Of a stretch of 64,000 nucleotides of DNA, positions 1-9,333 are shown one piece after another. The stretch is from Spirochaetia bacterium (GTDB taxonomy: Bacteria; Spirochaetota; Spirochaetia; DSM-2461): assembly GCA_963668315.1 (NCBI GenBank), contig OY764216.1:2528001-2592000 (forward strand), written 5' to 3'. Both the position numbers and the translations under genes were made by a program. The stretch's first letter is position 1. Every line of letters starts with the position of its first letter. The notes beneath the pieces are model-generated. The model made no database searches. It saw only the letters and a program-made list of their open reading frames with translations, and was not told the DNA's origin.

Positions 1-105
1 TTTTCTTCGAAGAATTATATACGGATATGCAGAAAATGTCAAAAAATGTTCAATTTTCTCCCCGAGGCAAGGAGCCTGTGTCCCGTGCGGGTTCAAGAGA
101 GGGAA

Positions 106-2043
106 TCAGTCACGATCGGCGGACTGAAGGGGCAGATAGATGTAGATGCTGGCACCCTTTTCGGTTCTGTTTTCCACTCTGATATGGCCTTTGTGCTGGG
201 AGATAATGCCGGAAACCTGGGAAAGCCCCAGGCCCACTCCGAACTCCTTGGTGGAGTAGAATGGTTCGAAAAGTCGGTGCATGTTTTTTTCCGAAAAACC
301 CGGTCCCTTATCCTTGACGGCCAGAACGGCCCATTCGCCCTTCAGGGGAGTGTGGCAGAAGGAACAGTTTTTTTCTCCTTTCTCACTGACTTTACTGGTT
401 TCCAGGGTCAGCATCCCCCCCTCGGGCATGGAATCAAATCCGTTTTCAATCAGATTTTCCATGGCAAGATTCAGCCGGTCCCGGTCAATATTCACGGGAA
501 GGGTGTTTCTGTCGTTTATCATGGTCAGTTTCATATTCCGGTCAATTCGGGGGAAGAAAGTTCTGTATACCGATTCGGCATAGCTGTTCAGGTCATCATC
601 ACAGGGCTGGAACTGTCCTTTCTGGCTGAAGGAAAGGAGCTGACTGATCATTTTCGCCGACTGCTCCACCCGGATCGTAATATGGGAGAGGTACTCCTTC
701 TGCTCCTTTTTGAGGTTGCTGCCCCCCATAAGAAGATCGACGAATCCCTGAATCACTGTCAGGGTGTTGTTTATATTGTGAGCCATCCCCGCAGACAGCT
801 GACCGAGGGCGGCATACTTTTCTATCTGGTTGAGTTTTCTCTGTGTATCCAGCTTCTCCTCGGCCATTTTACCTATCTTGATTTCGGCCTTCTCCTTTTC
901 GTAGAAGAGGGAATCCACTTCCTCCTTGATGAGACTGATTATCTCTTTGACCAGGAGGAGCCTTTCGTCGTCCGAATCTGTTTCGGGCAGTCTGATCCCG
1001 GGGGTATCCCACTGTACGCTCGCCGCTATTTTAAGGAACTCTTCCAGACTGTCATCCCGGATACTTCTACTCCGGTTTTTCTTTTCCACAGCCTGGAAAA
1101 AGGGCTTTTCCAGAGCCATGCGGCACGCTTCCTCCTCATTCGCCATCCTTTTCATGTTCAGAGACACCAGGGGGGTCACCAGGCGGATAAAGGCGGAAAA
1201 CCGGCTGTTCATATTATAGAGAAGAATCTGAAGATTTTTTCTTCCTTCCAGGGTCTTCTTCATCCGCTTGACCGCAAAGTTTCTGATCGACGGTCTGAAT
1301 TCCTTGATCGCGGCACAGTCAACCAGAAAATACTGGGCGTCATCCAGGGTTAGGCCCCGTGACTCCATGAGTTCCCGGAAGGTCTCATCGAAGAACATGA
1401 TGATGTCCTGGTCAATAACAGGCCCCATAATGAAATGAAGCACCCTGTCGTTCAGGAGAATAATACGGGTTCCCCTCATCTCGTAACGGTAGGTCAGTCG
1501 GCACAGTTCAATGGGAAAAAGATTCTTCGACAGGGGCGAATAGGAGAAAGGCTGGTTTATCGTCTCCAGGGGAAGTTCTTCCCTTTCGGCAATCTCCAGA
1601 GCCATATGAACTGCCTGGGCGTAGTCCTGCGCGATCAGAATGAGGGAATGGCTTTTCTTCTGCAGAAGTCCCAGTTTCACGGCGGTTTTAAGGGGGAGGG
1701 AAAGGTTGCAGAATATCACGGCGGAACACTTCTGGTTCTTTTCCAGAAAGGAGGCGAATATCCGGCGGCTGTGGGAGGATGTATCGGAAAGGTGGGAATA
1801 GTCCTCTATCTGAATATAGGACTCCCTTTTTCTGAGAATCTCATTGATGAGAAACTGATTGATCTTCAGGGCCCCTTTGAGATTTTTCTCATTGGCATAT
1901 CCTTCCGGCTTTGAGTAGATGAAGGTCCCTCCCAGGAGGGAGAAATCCGTTTTGTACTGCGGGCCCAGTCTCTGGGCACAAAAGTTTCTATCCCCTTCGA
2001 TCGTGAGCGATGTGACAGGGCAATAGCGAACCGAATCTATCAT
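106..2043 (-). CDS. Sensor histidine kinase (HisKA + HATPase) with ~330-aa soluble N-terminal region of two STAS/SpoIIAA-like repeats; no receiver domain
   Basis: H-box LGQLSAGMAHNINNTL, N-box NLIENGFDSM, G1 DKGPG, F-box LFEPFYSTK, G2 GVGLGL; purine-rich RBS upstream. Confidence 0.88.
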   Translation of the reverse strand: MIDSVRYCPVTSLTIEGDRNFCAQRLGPQYKTDFSLLGGTFIYSKPEGYANEKNLKGALKINQFLINEILRKRESYIQIEDYSHLSDTSSHSRRIFASFLEKNQKCSAVIFCNLSLPLKTAVKLGLLQKKSHSLILIAQDYAQAVHMALEIAEREELPLETINQPFSYSPLSKNLFPIELCRLTYRYEMRGTRIILLNDRVLHFIMGPVIDQDIIMFFDETFRELMESRGLTLDDAQYFLVDCAAIKEFRPSIRNFAVKRMKKTLEGRKNLQILLYNMNSRFSAFIRLVTPLVSLNMKRMANEEEACRMALEKPFFQAVEKKNRSRSIRDDSLEEFLKIAASVQWDTPGIRLPETDSDDERLLLVKEIISLIKEEVDSLFYEKEKAEIKIGKMAEEKLDTQRKLNQIEKYAALGQLSAGMAHNINNTLTVIQGFVDLLMGGSNLKKEQKEYLSHITIRVEQSAKMISQLLSFSQKGQFQPCDDDLNSYAESVYRTFFPRIDRNMKLTMINDRNTLPVNIDRDRLNLAMENLIENGFDSMPEGGMLTLETSKVSEKGEKNCSFCHTPLKGEWAVLAVKDKGPGFSEKNMHRLFEPFYSTKEFGVGLGLSQVSGIISQHKGHIRVENRTEKGASIYIYLPLQSADRD

Positions 2044-2063
2044 AACCTCTCTTCCTCATTAAA

Positions 2064-2092
2064 AGTATAAGGGATGAAAAGTAACAATTCAA
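2064..2092 (-). promoter_or_regulatory. Putative sigma70 promoter for the kinase gene
   Basis: Minus strand TTGAAT (2092-2087), 17-nt spacer, TATACT (2069-2064). Confidence 0.6.
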
Positions 2093-2389
2093 AAAAAACA
2101 TACTTTTTCCAGACATCGGCGCCATCGGTCTCTCCTCTCCCGGAAGAGAACAGGGAAAAGGCCTGCTTGGGCTTTTTCCCAACCTCTGGCAAAATAGACC
2201 GTAAACTTGGGGGAAAAGTAACAGAAAATCCAATGAAGAGAGTTATATTATTAGTACTCCTGCCGGATTCTGCGGGCATATTCGGGTCTTATGAGTCTTT
2301 CCCGAGAAATGGCATAGCTTTTGCTTTAAAGATTTTTACATATAGATAAGAAAACGGGTGGATCGATGTATCCCCCGGGGAGATTTGGG

Positions 2390-3517
2390 ATGAACAGGAA
2401 ATTATTTTCCATCCTTTCGGTCGCGGCGGTTCTGCTGTGCGGCGGCCTCATTATGGTATTGCTGTCTTCAAATAAGGCGGAACCCTCCCTTGCCGAGGAG
2501 ACCGGTGAAGCAAGAAGCGTCAGAACGGGGACGCTGATACCCGCAGAAGAGACTGTCTGGATTGAGGCGGACGGTTTTCTCAAGGCAAGGAGACAGCTTG
2601 ATCTGTCAGTTCCCGTTGCGGGAAAGGCTGTCTACGTAAAGGAAGGCCTCAAAGGGGGTGTTCCCGTTGAGGAAGGGGATCTGCTTTTGTCCCTTGACGA
2701 CAGAAGAGCGCGGCTGGCCTTTCTGGGCGCCCGGGCGGATATGATTCAGGCGACAAATCAGTTTCTGGCCGTTGCCGGGCTGGATGAACGGGAACGGCCC
2801 CTCTGGGAGACCTATCTCGGTCGTCTGGAACGTTCCGGCGCTGAAAACCTTCCCTCCCTGCCGGAGGCCGTAGGGAGGATTGAACAGCTGGCGGTGACCA
2901 AGGGGGTTTATGCGGGGAGCTATGCCCTGGAAAGGGCCGCCATGGATCTGACCGATCATTTCCTGACAGCCCCCTTCACGGGAATTCTCACCGGGGAAGG
3001 GGTTTCCGAGGGAGCCTGGGTCTCTCCGGGGGTCGCTCTGGCCGGTCTCGTTGAATCGGGGGCGCTGGAACTGACCCTCTCCCTGACCGCGGAGGATGTA
3101 CTCCACGTGGAGCCCGGAGACGGTGTTGTCATAACCCGACCCGAGGACGACAGCCGGCTCTTCGGTCTCATTGAGAGAATCGAACCCCTTCTGAGCGCCG
3201 GTTCGCAGACGGCTCAGATACACATCTCCCTCGATGTTCCCCCCGAAGAGCGCTGGCTGCCCGGAGCGTTTGTCTCGGCCCGTATCCGGGGAAAGCGCTT
3301 TGATGCGGCCTGCCGGGTTCCCCGGGAAATTCTTTCCGGGGACCGTATTCCCCTGTATGAGGAGGGAACGCTGGTTTTCAGAAAGGTCTCTCTCTGGGCC
3401 TATGACGGGTCCGATGTGATTATCGCTCCGGATTTTCCCCCGGGAACGGAGTATGTGGCAACCGTCCTTCAGAATCCCATGGAAGGAATGCTTCTTGATA
3501 GGGAGGGGGATTCATGA
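2390..3517 (+). CDS. RND efflux periplasmic adaptor (membrane fusion protein)
   Basis: N-terminal TM anchor, lipoyl-like motifs (VPVAGKA..GGVPVEEGDLLLSLD; LTAPFTG), PGAFVSARI; ATGA overlap with the RND permease; start placed at ATG 2390 (MNRKLF). Confidence 0.88.
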   Translation: MNRKLFSILSVAAVLLCGGLIMVLLSSNKAEPSLAEETGEARSVRTGTLIPAEETVWIEADGFLKARRQLDLSVPVAGKAVYVKEGLKGGVPVEEGDLLLSLDDRRARLAFLGARADMIQATNQFLAVAGLDERERPLWETYLGRLERSGAENLPSLPEAVGRIEQLAVTKGVYAGSYALERAAMDLTDHFLTAPFTGILTGEGVSEGAWVSPGVALAGLVESGALELTLSLTAEDVLHVEPGDGVVITRPEDDSRLFGLIERIEPLLSAGSQTAQIHISLDVPPEERWLPGAFVSARIRGKRFDAACRVPREILSGDRIPLYEEGTLVFRKVSLWAYDGSDVIIAPDFPPGTEYVATVLQNPMEGMLLDREGDS

Positions 3518-6500
3518 AACGGCTGATCGAATATTTCTTCACCCGCAGAATGGTAACGAACTGGCTTCTCCTCATCGTCATGGCCGCGGGTGTTTTCGGG
3601 TTTACCCAGCTGAGAAGGCGGGTCTGGCCCCAGATGGACTACGACTACATTACCCTGGATGTCTCCTGGCCCGGAGCTGCCGCTCTGGAAGTGGAGGAGG
3701 GGCTGACCATTCCCATCGAGGAGAGGCTCAGGGGACTGGAAGGAGTCGAGCGGACCGTATCCACCACGGGCGACGGGTATGTGAATGTCTGGATTGAAGC
3801 GGATCCCCGCATTCCCATCGACAAGACCGTGGACCGTATCCGCACGGCGGTCAAATCGGTTCCCTCCTATCCCCAGGACGCCGACGCGCCCCTCGTGAGT
3901 CAGCTTGATTCGTGGAACCGGGTAATGCTTCTGTTTATCTACGGTCCGGAGGATAAGAATGTTCTCGAACAGGTGGCCGATGAATTCCGCGATCAGCTTC
4001 TTGCCTCGGGTGAGGTGACCCAGATTGATACCTGGGGAATGCCCCGCCGGGAGATCCGCCTGGATGTCAATCCCGATATTCTCAGGGAGTACGGCCTGAC
4101 CGCCGATGATATCAGCAGCGCCGTTCAGGCCTCCGATCTGAATATCGCCGCCGGATCGATCCATACGGGTCGGGAAAATCTGGAAATACGCTCCTACGGC
4201 AGGAGAACCTCCGTGGAGGCCATTGAGCAGATCCCCCTCAACGCGGGAGGAGAGATCCTTTCCCTGGGCACTGTCTGTTCCGTCAGCGAGGAGTGGCCGG
4301 AGGAGACGGTCTACACCAGGGCAAACGGAAAGCCGGCCGTCGGTTTCGATATCATGTACTCCAACTCGGAGGATGTCATCGCCATCTCGAAGACGGTGGA
4401 CGGGATCATTGAGAAATCGGAGAAGAAATACGGCGGCCTGGTCCATTATAAGCCCTTTATACGCGATTCAGACCAGATAGAGGAGCGCCTGGGGACCCTG
4501 AGCACCTCGGGACTTCTCGGCCTTCTTCTCGTTATTATCATTCTGGGAACATTTCTGAACCTCCGTCTTTCCCTCTGGGTCGCCTTCGGTATTCCCTTCT
4601 CCTTCCTGGGACTCTTTTTCATCGAATGGATACTGGATATCACGATTAACGAGATGTCACTCTTCGGCATGATCATGGTTCTGGGAATTCTGGTGGATGA
4701 CGGGATCGTCATTGGGGAGAATATTTTCTCCCACTGGAAAGAGGAGGGGAAGGATCCCCTCAGGGCCGCAGTGGAGGGGACAAGGGAAGTGCTGGCTCCT
4801 GTGGCGGTCTCCATCGTGACGACAATGATCGCCTTCACCCCCTATTTTTTCCTTTACGGGGAGATGGGACAGTATACGTCCCAGATAGGTCTTGTCATCA
4901 TCCTCTGCCTGGGGTTCTCCCTTCTGGAAGCTTCCATTATTCTGCCCGTCCACCTGGCCCATTCCCGGGCGCTTACCGTTTCAGGCAAGGAAGTGAGCAG
5001 GCCGCGCCGGGTTCTGGACCGGTTTCAGGAGCGGCTGATCCACCGGATGTACGCCCCTCTGCTGCGGGCGGCGCTCAGGCACAGGGGGCTGGCCCTGGCC
5101 CTCATGGCTGCTTTTCTCATGATTCTCATCGGGGCCCTCGCGGGGAACCATATCAAGTCCATGTTCTTCCCCGAAGTGGAAATGCCCTATTCCTATGCGG
5201 AGATTTCCTTCCCCGCCGGTACTTCCGCGGCGGTGGTGAACCGGGTCCGCGACTATGTGTCGGACAAGGCACGCGAACTGGGTTCCGAGCCGGAGTGGAA
5301 TCTTCCCGGGAAGGGCTACCCCAACGGAGTGGTGGATCTTCTCTCCTGGGGCGGCGGCCAGAGCGTTTATGTGTATTTTATCATGATTCCCAACGAAGTG
5401 CGTCCCTACCGGGTCTCCCGGTTCTCCGCCGCCCTGAATGAACGGCTCGGCACTATTGTGGAAGCGGAGAGCGTGAAAATCGGCGAGGAGAGTGCCTTCG
5501 GGGGCTATCCCGTATCGATCCGTTTTACGGGGAATGATGCTGAGGCCCTGTCCGAAGCGGCCGACCGTCTCAAGGAGGAACTGAGGCATATCAAAGGGAT
5601 TAAGGATATAGGGGATGATCAGCCTCTGGGGTCCAAGGAACTGATTTTTGAGGTCAATCGGAGGGGGCGTGCCCTGGGGCTGACTCCCGCCTATGTGGCT
5701 TCCCAGATCCGTGACGGATGGTATGGAAAGGAAGTGACCCACCTGACCGACGGGACGCGTCAGATCCCCGTGGTTCTTCGAATGTCCGGGGAGGACAGAA
5801 GAAGCCTGAATCAGCTTGACCGCTTTCCCGTCCGTACGCCTTCGGGAGCCTGGGTCATGGCGGGTGACGTGATGGATTACACCGTCGAGAGGGGACTGGC
5901 GTGGATTAAAAGGGAAAACGGCTACCGGGCCGTGCGGGTCAACGCCGGTTTTGACAGCAGCGAAAACGATCTCAATGTGGTTCTGAGCCGGATCAACAGC
6001 GAAATTGTCCCGGCCATCCTGGCAGATATTCCCGGCGTGACATTGAGCGCGGGGGGCCAGGCCGAAGAGGTGCAGCGCATGATGAACTCCATGATATTCA
6101 CCATGGTCGGCGCCATGATCGTCATGTTCACCATTCTGATGATTGCCACCGGTTCCGTCGGTCAGGCCCTCGTTATCATGTCGCTGATTCCCCTGGGGCT
6201 GGTCGGAGCTATCTACGGACATATGATCATGGGGGAACCGCTGAGCTTTATCTCCTTTCTGGGCGTTCTGGCTCTGGGAGGGATAATTGTGAACGATTCG
6301 GTGGTTCTCATAGATGCGTATAACACAATGGTCAGGCATAAAGGGATTGATCCTCTGAAGGCGGCCTATACGGCGGGAGTAAAACGTTTCCGTCCCATTC
6401 TCATGACGACGCTGACAACCTCCATCGGGCTCGCGCCCCTCATCTTTCAGAAGTCCATGGGCGGGCAGTTCCTCATTCCCATAGCCATATCCGTTGCTTT

Positions 6501-6657
6501 TGGTCTGCTCTTCGGGACCTTTCTGACCTTGATTCTGCTGCCCTGCGTCCTTTCGCTGATGGATCAGGGGAAAACCCGATGGAAGGAGAGACAAAGGCGG
6601 ACCGTTCCTGAAGGGGAAGAAAGTCAGGGTAAGCCCGCCCTGGTATCTAACGAATAG
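3514..6657 (+). CDS. RND efflux transporter permease (AcrB/AcrD/AcrF family)
   Basis: 1047 aa; GILVDDGIVIGENI (TM4 DD), GIIVNDSVVLID, RFRPILMTTLTT. Confidence 0.95.
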   Translation: MKRLIEYFFTRRMVTNWLLLIVMAAGVFGFTQLRRRVWPQMDYDYITLDVSWPGAAALEVEEGLTIPIEERLRGLEGVERTVSTTGDGYVNVWIEADPRIPIDKTVDRIRTAVKSVPSYPQDADAPLVSQLDSWNRVMLLFIYGPEDKNVLEQVADEFRDQLLASGEVTQIDTWGMPRREIRLDVNPDILREYGLTADDISSAVQASDLNIAAGSIHTGRENLEIRSYGRRTSVEAIEQIPLNAGGEILSLGTVCSVSEEWPEETVYTRANGKPAVGFDIMYSNSEDVIAISKTVDGIIEKSEKKYGGLVHYKPFIRDSDQIEERLGTLSTSGLLGLLLVIIILGTFLNLRLSLWVAFGIPFSFLGLFFIEWILDITINEMSLFGMIMVLGILVDDGIVIGENIFSHWKEEGKDPLRAAVEGTREVLAPVAVSIVTTMIAFTPYFFLYGEMGQYTSQIGLVIILCLGFSLLEASIILPVHLAHSRALTVSGKEVSRPRRVLDRFQERLIHRMYAPLLRAALRHRGLALALMAAFLMILIGALAGNHIKSMFFPEVEMPYSYAEISFPAGTSAAVVNRVRDYVSDKARELGSEPEWNLPGKGYPNGVVDLLSWGGGQSVYVYFIMIPNEVRPYRVSRFSAALNERLGTIVEAESVKIGEESAFGGYPVSIRFTGNDAEALSEAADRLKEELRHIKGIKDIGDDQPLGSKELIFEVNRRGRALGLTPAYVASQIRDGWYGKEVTHLTDGTRQIPVVLRMSGEDRRSLNQLDRFPVRTPSGAWVMAGDVMDYTVERGLAWIKRENGYRAVRVNAGFDSSENDLNVVLSRINSEIVPAILADIPGVTLSAGGQAEEVQRMMNSMIFTMVGAMIVMFTILMIATGSVGQALVIMSLIPLGLVGAIYGHMIMGEPLSFISFLGVLALGGIIVNDSVVLIDAYNTMVRHKGIDPLKAAYTAGVKRFRPILMTTLTTSIGLAPLIFQKSMGGQFLIPIAISVAFGLLFGTFLTLILLPCVLSLMDQGKTRWKERQRRTVPEGEESQGKPALVSNE

Positions 6658-6676
6658 AGCAGAAGAGAGGCTCCGG

Positions 6677-7225
6677 CTAGCCTCTGATTTTCTCAGACCA
6701 GGCTCTTAGGGCCGTGAGCTGTTCGATGATAAGGCTTCCGGCAGCCTCGTCCAGCAGGTTCCCCCGGCTGTCAAAGCTGCCTCCGAAGGCATGGCAGAAT
6801 ACCTCCGGCTTGTTGAGGGGGTGGACGTCCAGATAGGTTAAAACCTGGCGTAGATGATACTGGGCCCGGGAGGTTCCCATGCCGCCCCCTGAGCCCAGTA
6901 TCGCGGCGGCCTTGCCGTTCAGAAGAGATTTATCATCAGAGCGGGAGGCCCAGTCAAGGGCATTTTTCAGAGCCGGAGCCAGTGAGTAGTTATACTCGGC
7001 GGCGGCAAACAGAAAGGCATCGGCCTTTTTAAAGCCCTTCAGCAGTTCCTGCACCGATTCGGGGGGCGTTTTTATATCCTGATTGTAAAAGGGTACATCG
7101 CCTAGTTCGGCCAATTCGATGTGCATCCCTTCGGGAGCGTTATCCCGGGCAAACCTGAGAAGCCCCGTGTTTGTGGAATCCGTCCTTAAACTGCCGCTTA
7201 CGGCATATATGTTTATGTTTCTCAT
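6677..7225 (-). CDS. NADPH-dependent FMN reductase (ChrR/SsuE-like flavoprotein)
   Basis: SGSLR..STN, AEYNYS..ALKNALDWASR, GGGMGTSRAQYHLRQ; RBS AAGGAG. Confidence 0.92.
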   Translation of the reverse strand: MRNINIYAVSGSLRTDSTNTGLLRFARDNAPEGMHIELAELGDVPFYNQDIKTPPESVQELLKGFKKADAFLFAAAEYNYSLAPALKNALDWASRSDDKSLLNGKAAAILGSGGGMGTSRAQYHLRQVLTYLDVHPLNKPEVFCHAFGGSFDSRGNLLDEAAGSLIIEQLTALRAWSEKIRG

Positions 7226-7579
7226 AACCTTCTCCTTAATCGAGAAATCGATGTTCGTTATTACTGTATCGGCCGGAAATCTTTATTGAAGATGAAGACA
7301 CGGATCAAATACTAGTAAAAATATTGTCATTAATATAGTTAAAAAATAAGCCGCCATCAACGGTTATTTTCATTTTGCAAGGATTCGATCCGGGACCTTG
7401 CCGAAGATGACCCGATTCTCTTCGTTCACGGATTTTTCCTCCCCATCGCCACGCCTTCCGTCCCTTATCATGAACAGCCTTTACTATAAAAAAAACGAAA
7501 AAGCCAGCGTAAGCTTGTCGTATGTATAGTACTTTTTCCGTCTACTTGTGAAAAAAGGGGATGAAATATTCCCTCGAAC

Positions 7580-7608
7580 TTGACCGGAGGAATTTATGGG
7601 GATAAACT
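7580..7608 (+). promoter_or_regulatory. Putative sigma70 promoter of the mraZ/dcw operon
   Basis: TTGACC (7580-7585), 17 nt, TAAACT (7603-7608). Confidence 0.7.
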
Positions 7609-7690
7609 GGGAAAAACCGGGAAAATTATGGAATTTAGTGGTAAATAAGGGGAATCTGTGGATTTAAGGGGATTTCGTGGGAAATTCAAT
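7591..7690 (+). repeat. 10-bp-phased GG/A-T-tract repeats, probable MraZ operator array
   Basis: GG at 7600/01, 7610/11 ... 7680/81 (nine exact 10-bp periods) with TGGG/GTGG cores, upstream of and inside mraZ. Confidence 0.8.
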
Positions 7691-8113
7691 GTAACTCTCG
7701 ACGATAAAGGCCGTTTCATGGTGCCCGCCAAACTTAAGGGCGAGCTGGAAACGGATACCCTTGTTATAACCGAAGGTCTGGAGGACTGCCTCTGGATCTT
7801 CATGCCCGATGCCTGGGAGAAACTTGTGAACTCCGTGGAAGGGGATAATTCCATTTTCAATGTGGATGAGCAGGATGTGCTCCGCTTTGTCATAACCCCG
7901 GCCGAGGAAGTCGCCATAGACAAATCGGGACGGGTGAAACTTCCCCCTCCCCAGATGGAAGCGGTGGACCTTGTGAAGGACTGCTGCCTTGTCGGCATGG
8001 GCGACCGCATAGAAGTCTGGGATAAAACCCGTTACGACGAAATACGCCGTGAGAGAAAAGCCGCTGTCAAGAATACCTGGAGGCAGATGGGGAATAGGGG
8101 AGGCGAAGCATGA
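7658..8113 (+). CDS. mraZ: Division/cell-wall cluster transcriptional repressor MraZ
   Basis: Two SpoVT/AbrB motifs (LDDKGRFMVP, IDKSGRVKLP), VGMGDRIEVW; first gene of dcw; GTG start. Confidence 0.95.
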   Translation: MDLRGFRGKFNVTLDDKGRFMVPAKLKGELETDTLVITEGLEDCLWIFMPDAWEKLVNSVEGDNSIFNVDEQDVLRFVITPAEEVAIDKSGRVKLPPPQMEAVDLVKDCCLVGMGDRIEVWDKTRYDEIRRERKAAVKNTWRQMGNRGGEA

Positions 8114-9060
8114 AAATCGTCCACCTGCCCGTGCTGCTTGAAGAAACCCTGTCCTTTCTGGCGCCCTCCGAAGAGCCGTCTCTGATGATCGACGGAACCT
8201 TGGGGGAAGGGGGCCATACCGAGGCCTTTCTCTCCCGTTTCGCCGATCTTTCCGTTATCGGGCTGGATGCGGATAGGAATATTCAGAGTAAAGCCCGGGA
8301 AAGACTGAAACCCTTCGGCGAGAGAATCTCCTTCCGGAATGTCTGGTTCGATGACTACTTTGCCACCTACGGCGAACGGGAGAGGCCGGACCGCATTCTG
8401 CTGGATTTGGGAATTTCCGTCTATCATTACGAAGAGAGCACCCGGGGATTTTCCTTCGGCAAAGAGGAAGTCCTTGATATGCGTTTGAATCCCGAAGCGG
8501 GGGAGTCCGCCGGGGATATTGTCAATAACTGGCCCGAAAAGGATCTGGCCGATATTATCTACCGCTACGGGGAGGAACGCTATTCCCGCCGTATCGCTTC
8601 GGCTATCTGCCGCCGCCGGGAGGAGTCTCCCCTGGAAAGGGCTGACGAACTGGCCGAGCTGGTGAAGCATGCCGTTCCGCAGGCCGCCCGTCACGGGCGC
8701 ATCCATCCGGCTACCAGGACCTTTCAGGCTCTGCGCATTGCCGTCAACGGCGAACTGGACAGGCTGGAGCGGGTTATGACGGAAGCTTTCCGCGTTCTCA
8801 AGCCGGGCGGCAAACTGGGGATTATTACTTTTCACTCCCTGGAAGACCGGATGGTGAAAAACTTCTTTCGCGACCTGGACCGGAACTGCCTGTGCCCGCC
8901 CGATGCATTCCGCTGCACCTGCGGCGATATTCACCGGGGGAAACTGGTTACCCGAAAACCAATCGGCCCGACGGAGGAAGAGGTTAAGAGAAATTCTCCC
9001 TCCCGAAGCGCCAAGCTCAGGGTTATCGAGAAACTGACCGACCAGGAGAGGGCTTTATGA
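8110..9060 (+). CDS. rsmH: 16S rRNA m4C1402 methyltransferase
   Basis: HLPVLL, DGTLGEGGHT, DLGIS, HPATRTFQALRIAVN, FHSLEDR, SRSAKLR. Confidence 0.97.
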   Translation: MKIVHLPVLLEETLSFLAPSEEPSLMIDGTLGEGGHTEAFLSRFADLSVIGLDADRNIQSKARERLKPFGERISFRNVWFDDYFATYGERERPDRILLDLGISVYHYEESTRGFSFGKEEVLDMRLNPEAGESAGDIVNNWPEKDLADIIYRYGEERYSRRIASAICRRREESPLERADELAELVKHAVPQAARHGRIHPATRTFQALRIAVNGELDRLERVMTEAFRVLKPGGKLGIITFHSLEDRMVKNFFRDLDRNCLCPPDAFRCTCGDIHRGKLVTRKPIGPTEEEVKRNSPSRSAKLRVIEKLTDQERAL

Positions 9061-9332
9061 GAAATTTAATCGCCCTGGGATTGACCCTGGTATTCTCCCT
9101 CCTGGTTATTCTGAATGTAAGGCAGGCTTATCTGTATCAGGAAGAAGTGGCCCTGATAGAGGATCTGGAAGTAAGCCAGCAGGAAAAATACGAAGAAAAC
9201 CGCCGGATCCGTACGGGAATAGCCATTCTTGAGTCTCCCGAGCGGCTGGAAGCTCTGGCCGATGATATTCTGGGGCTGGAGAAAGCCCGTCCCGATCAGA
9301 CCGTACAGGTCCTCAAAAAGGAGCGGGATTAG
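9057..9332 (+). CDS. ftsL: Cell division protein FtsL (small bitopic coiled-coil)
   Basis: N-terminal TM, coiled coil, LESPERLEALA..LGL; position after rsmH. Confidence 0.8.
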   Translation: MRNLIALGLTLVFSLLVILNVRQAYLYQEEVALIEDLEVSQQEKYEENRRIRTGIAILESPERLEALADDILGLEKARPDQTVQVLKKERD

Positions 9333-9333
9333 T

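Noticed and set aside
46..1353. 435-aa + strand ORF, and similar long antisense ORFs (4981-6594, 23219-24598, 46851-48689, 56043-57344)
   Set aside because: Shadow frames opposite well-supported genes in GC-rich coding DNA; no recognisable motifs or RBS
7370..7471. 33-codon minus-strand mini-ORF (MIRDGRRG...) and GCAAGG/CCTTGC inverted repeat in the intergenic region
   Set aside because: No convincing RBS or motif; short stem with no U-tract; expected by chance
7591..7690. Periodic repeats as a CRISPR array or replication iterons
   Set aside because: Units are 10 bp and degenerate with no unique spacers; no cas or rep gene; position fits an MraZ operator
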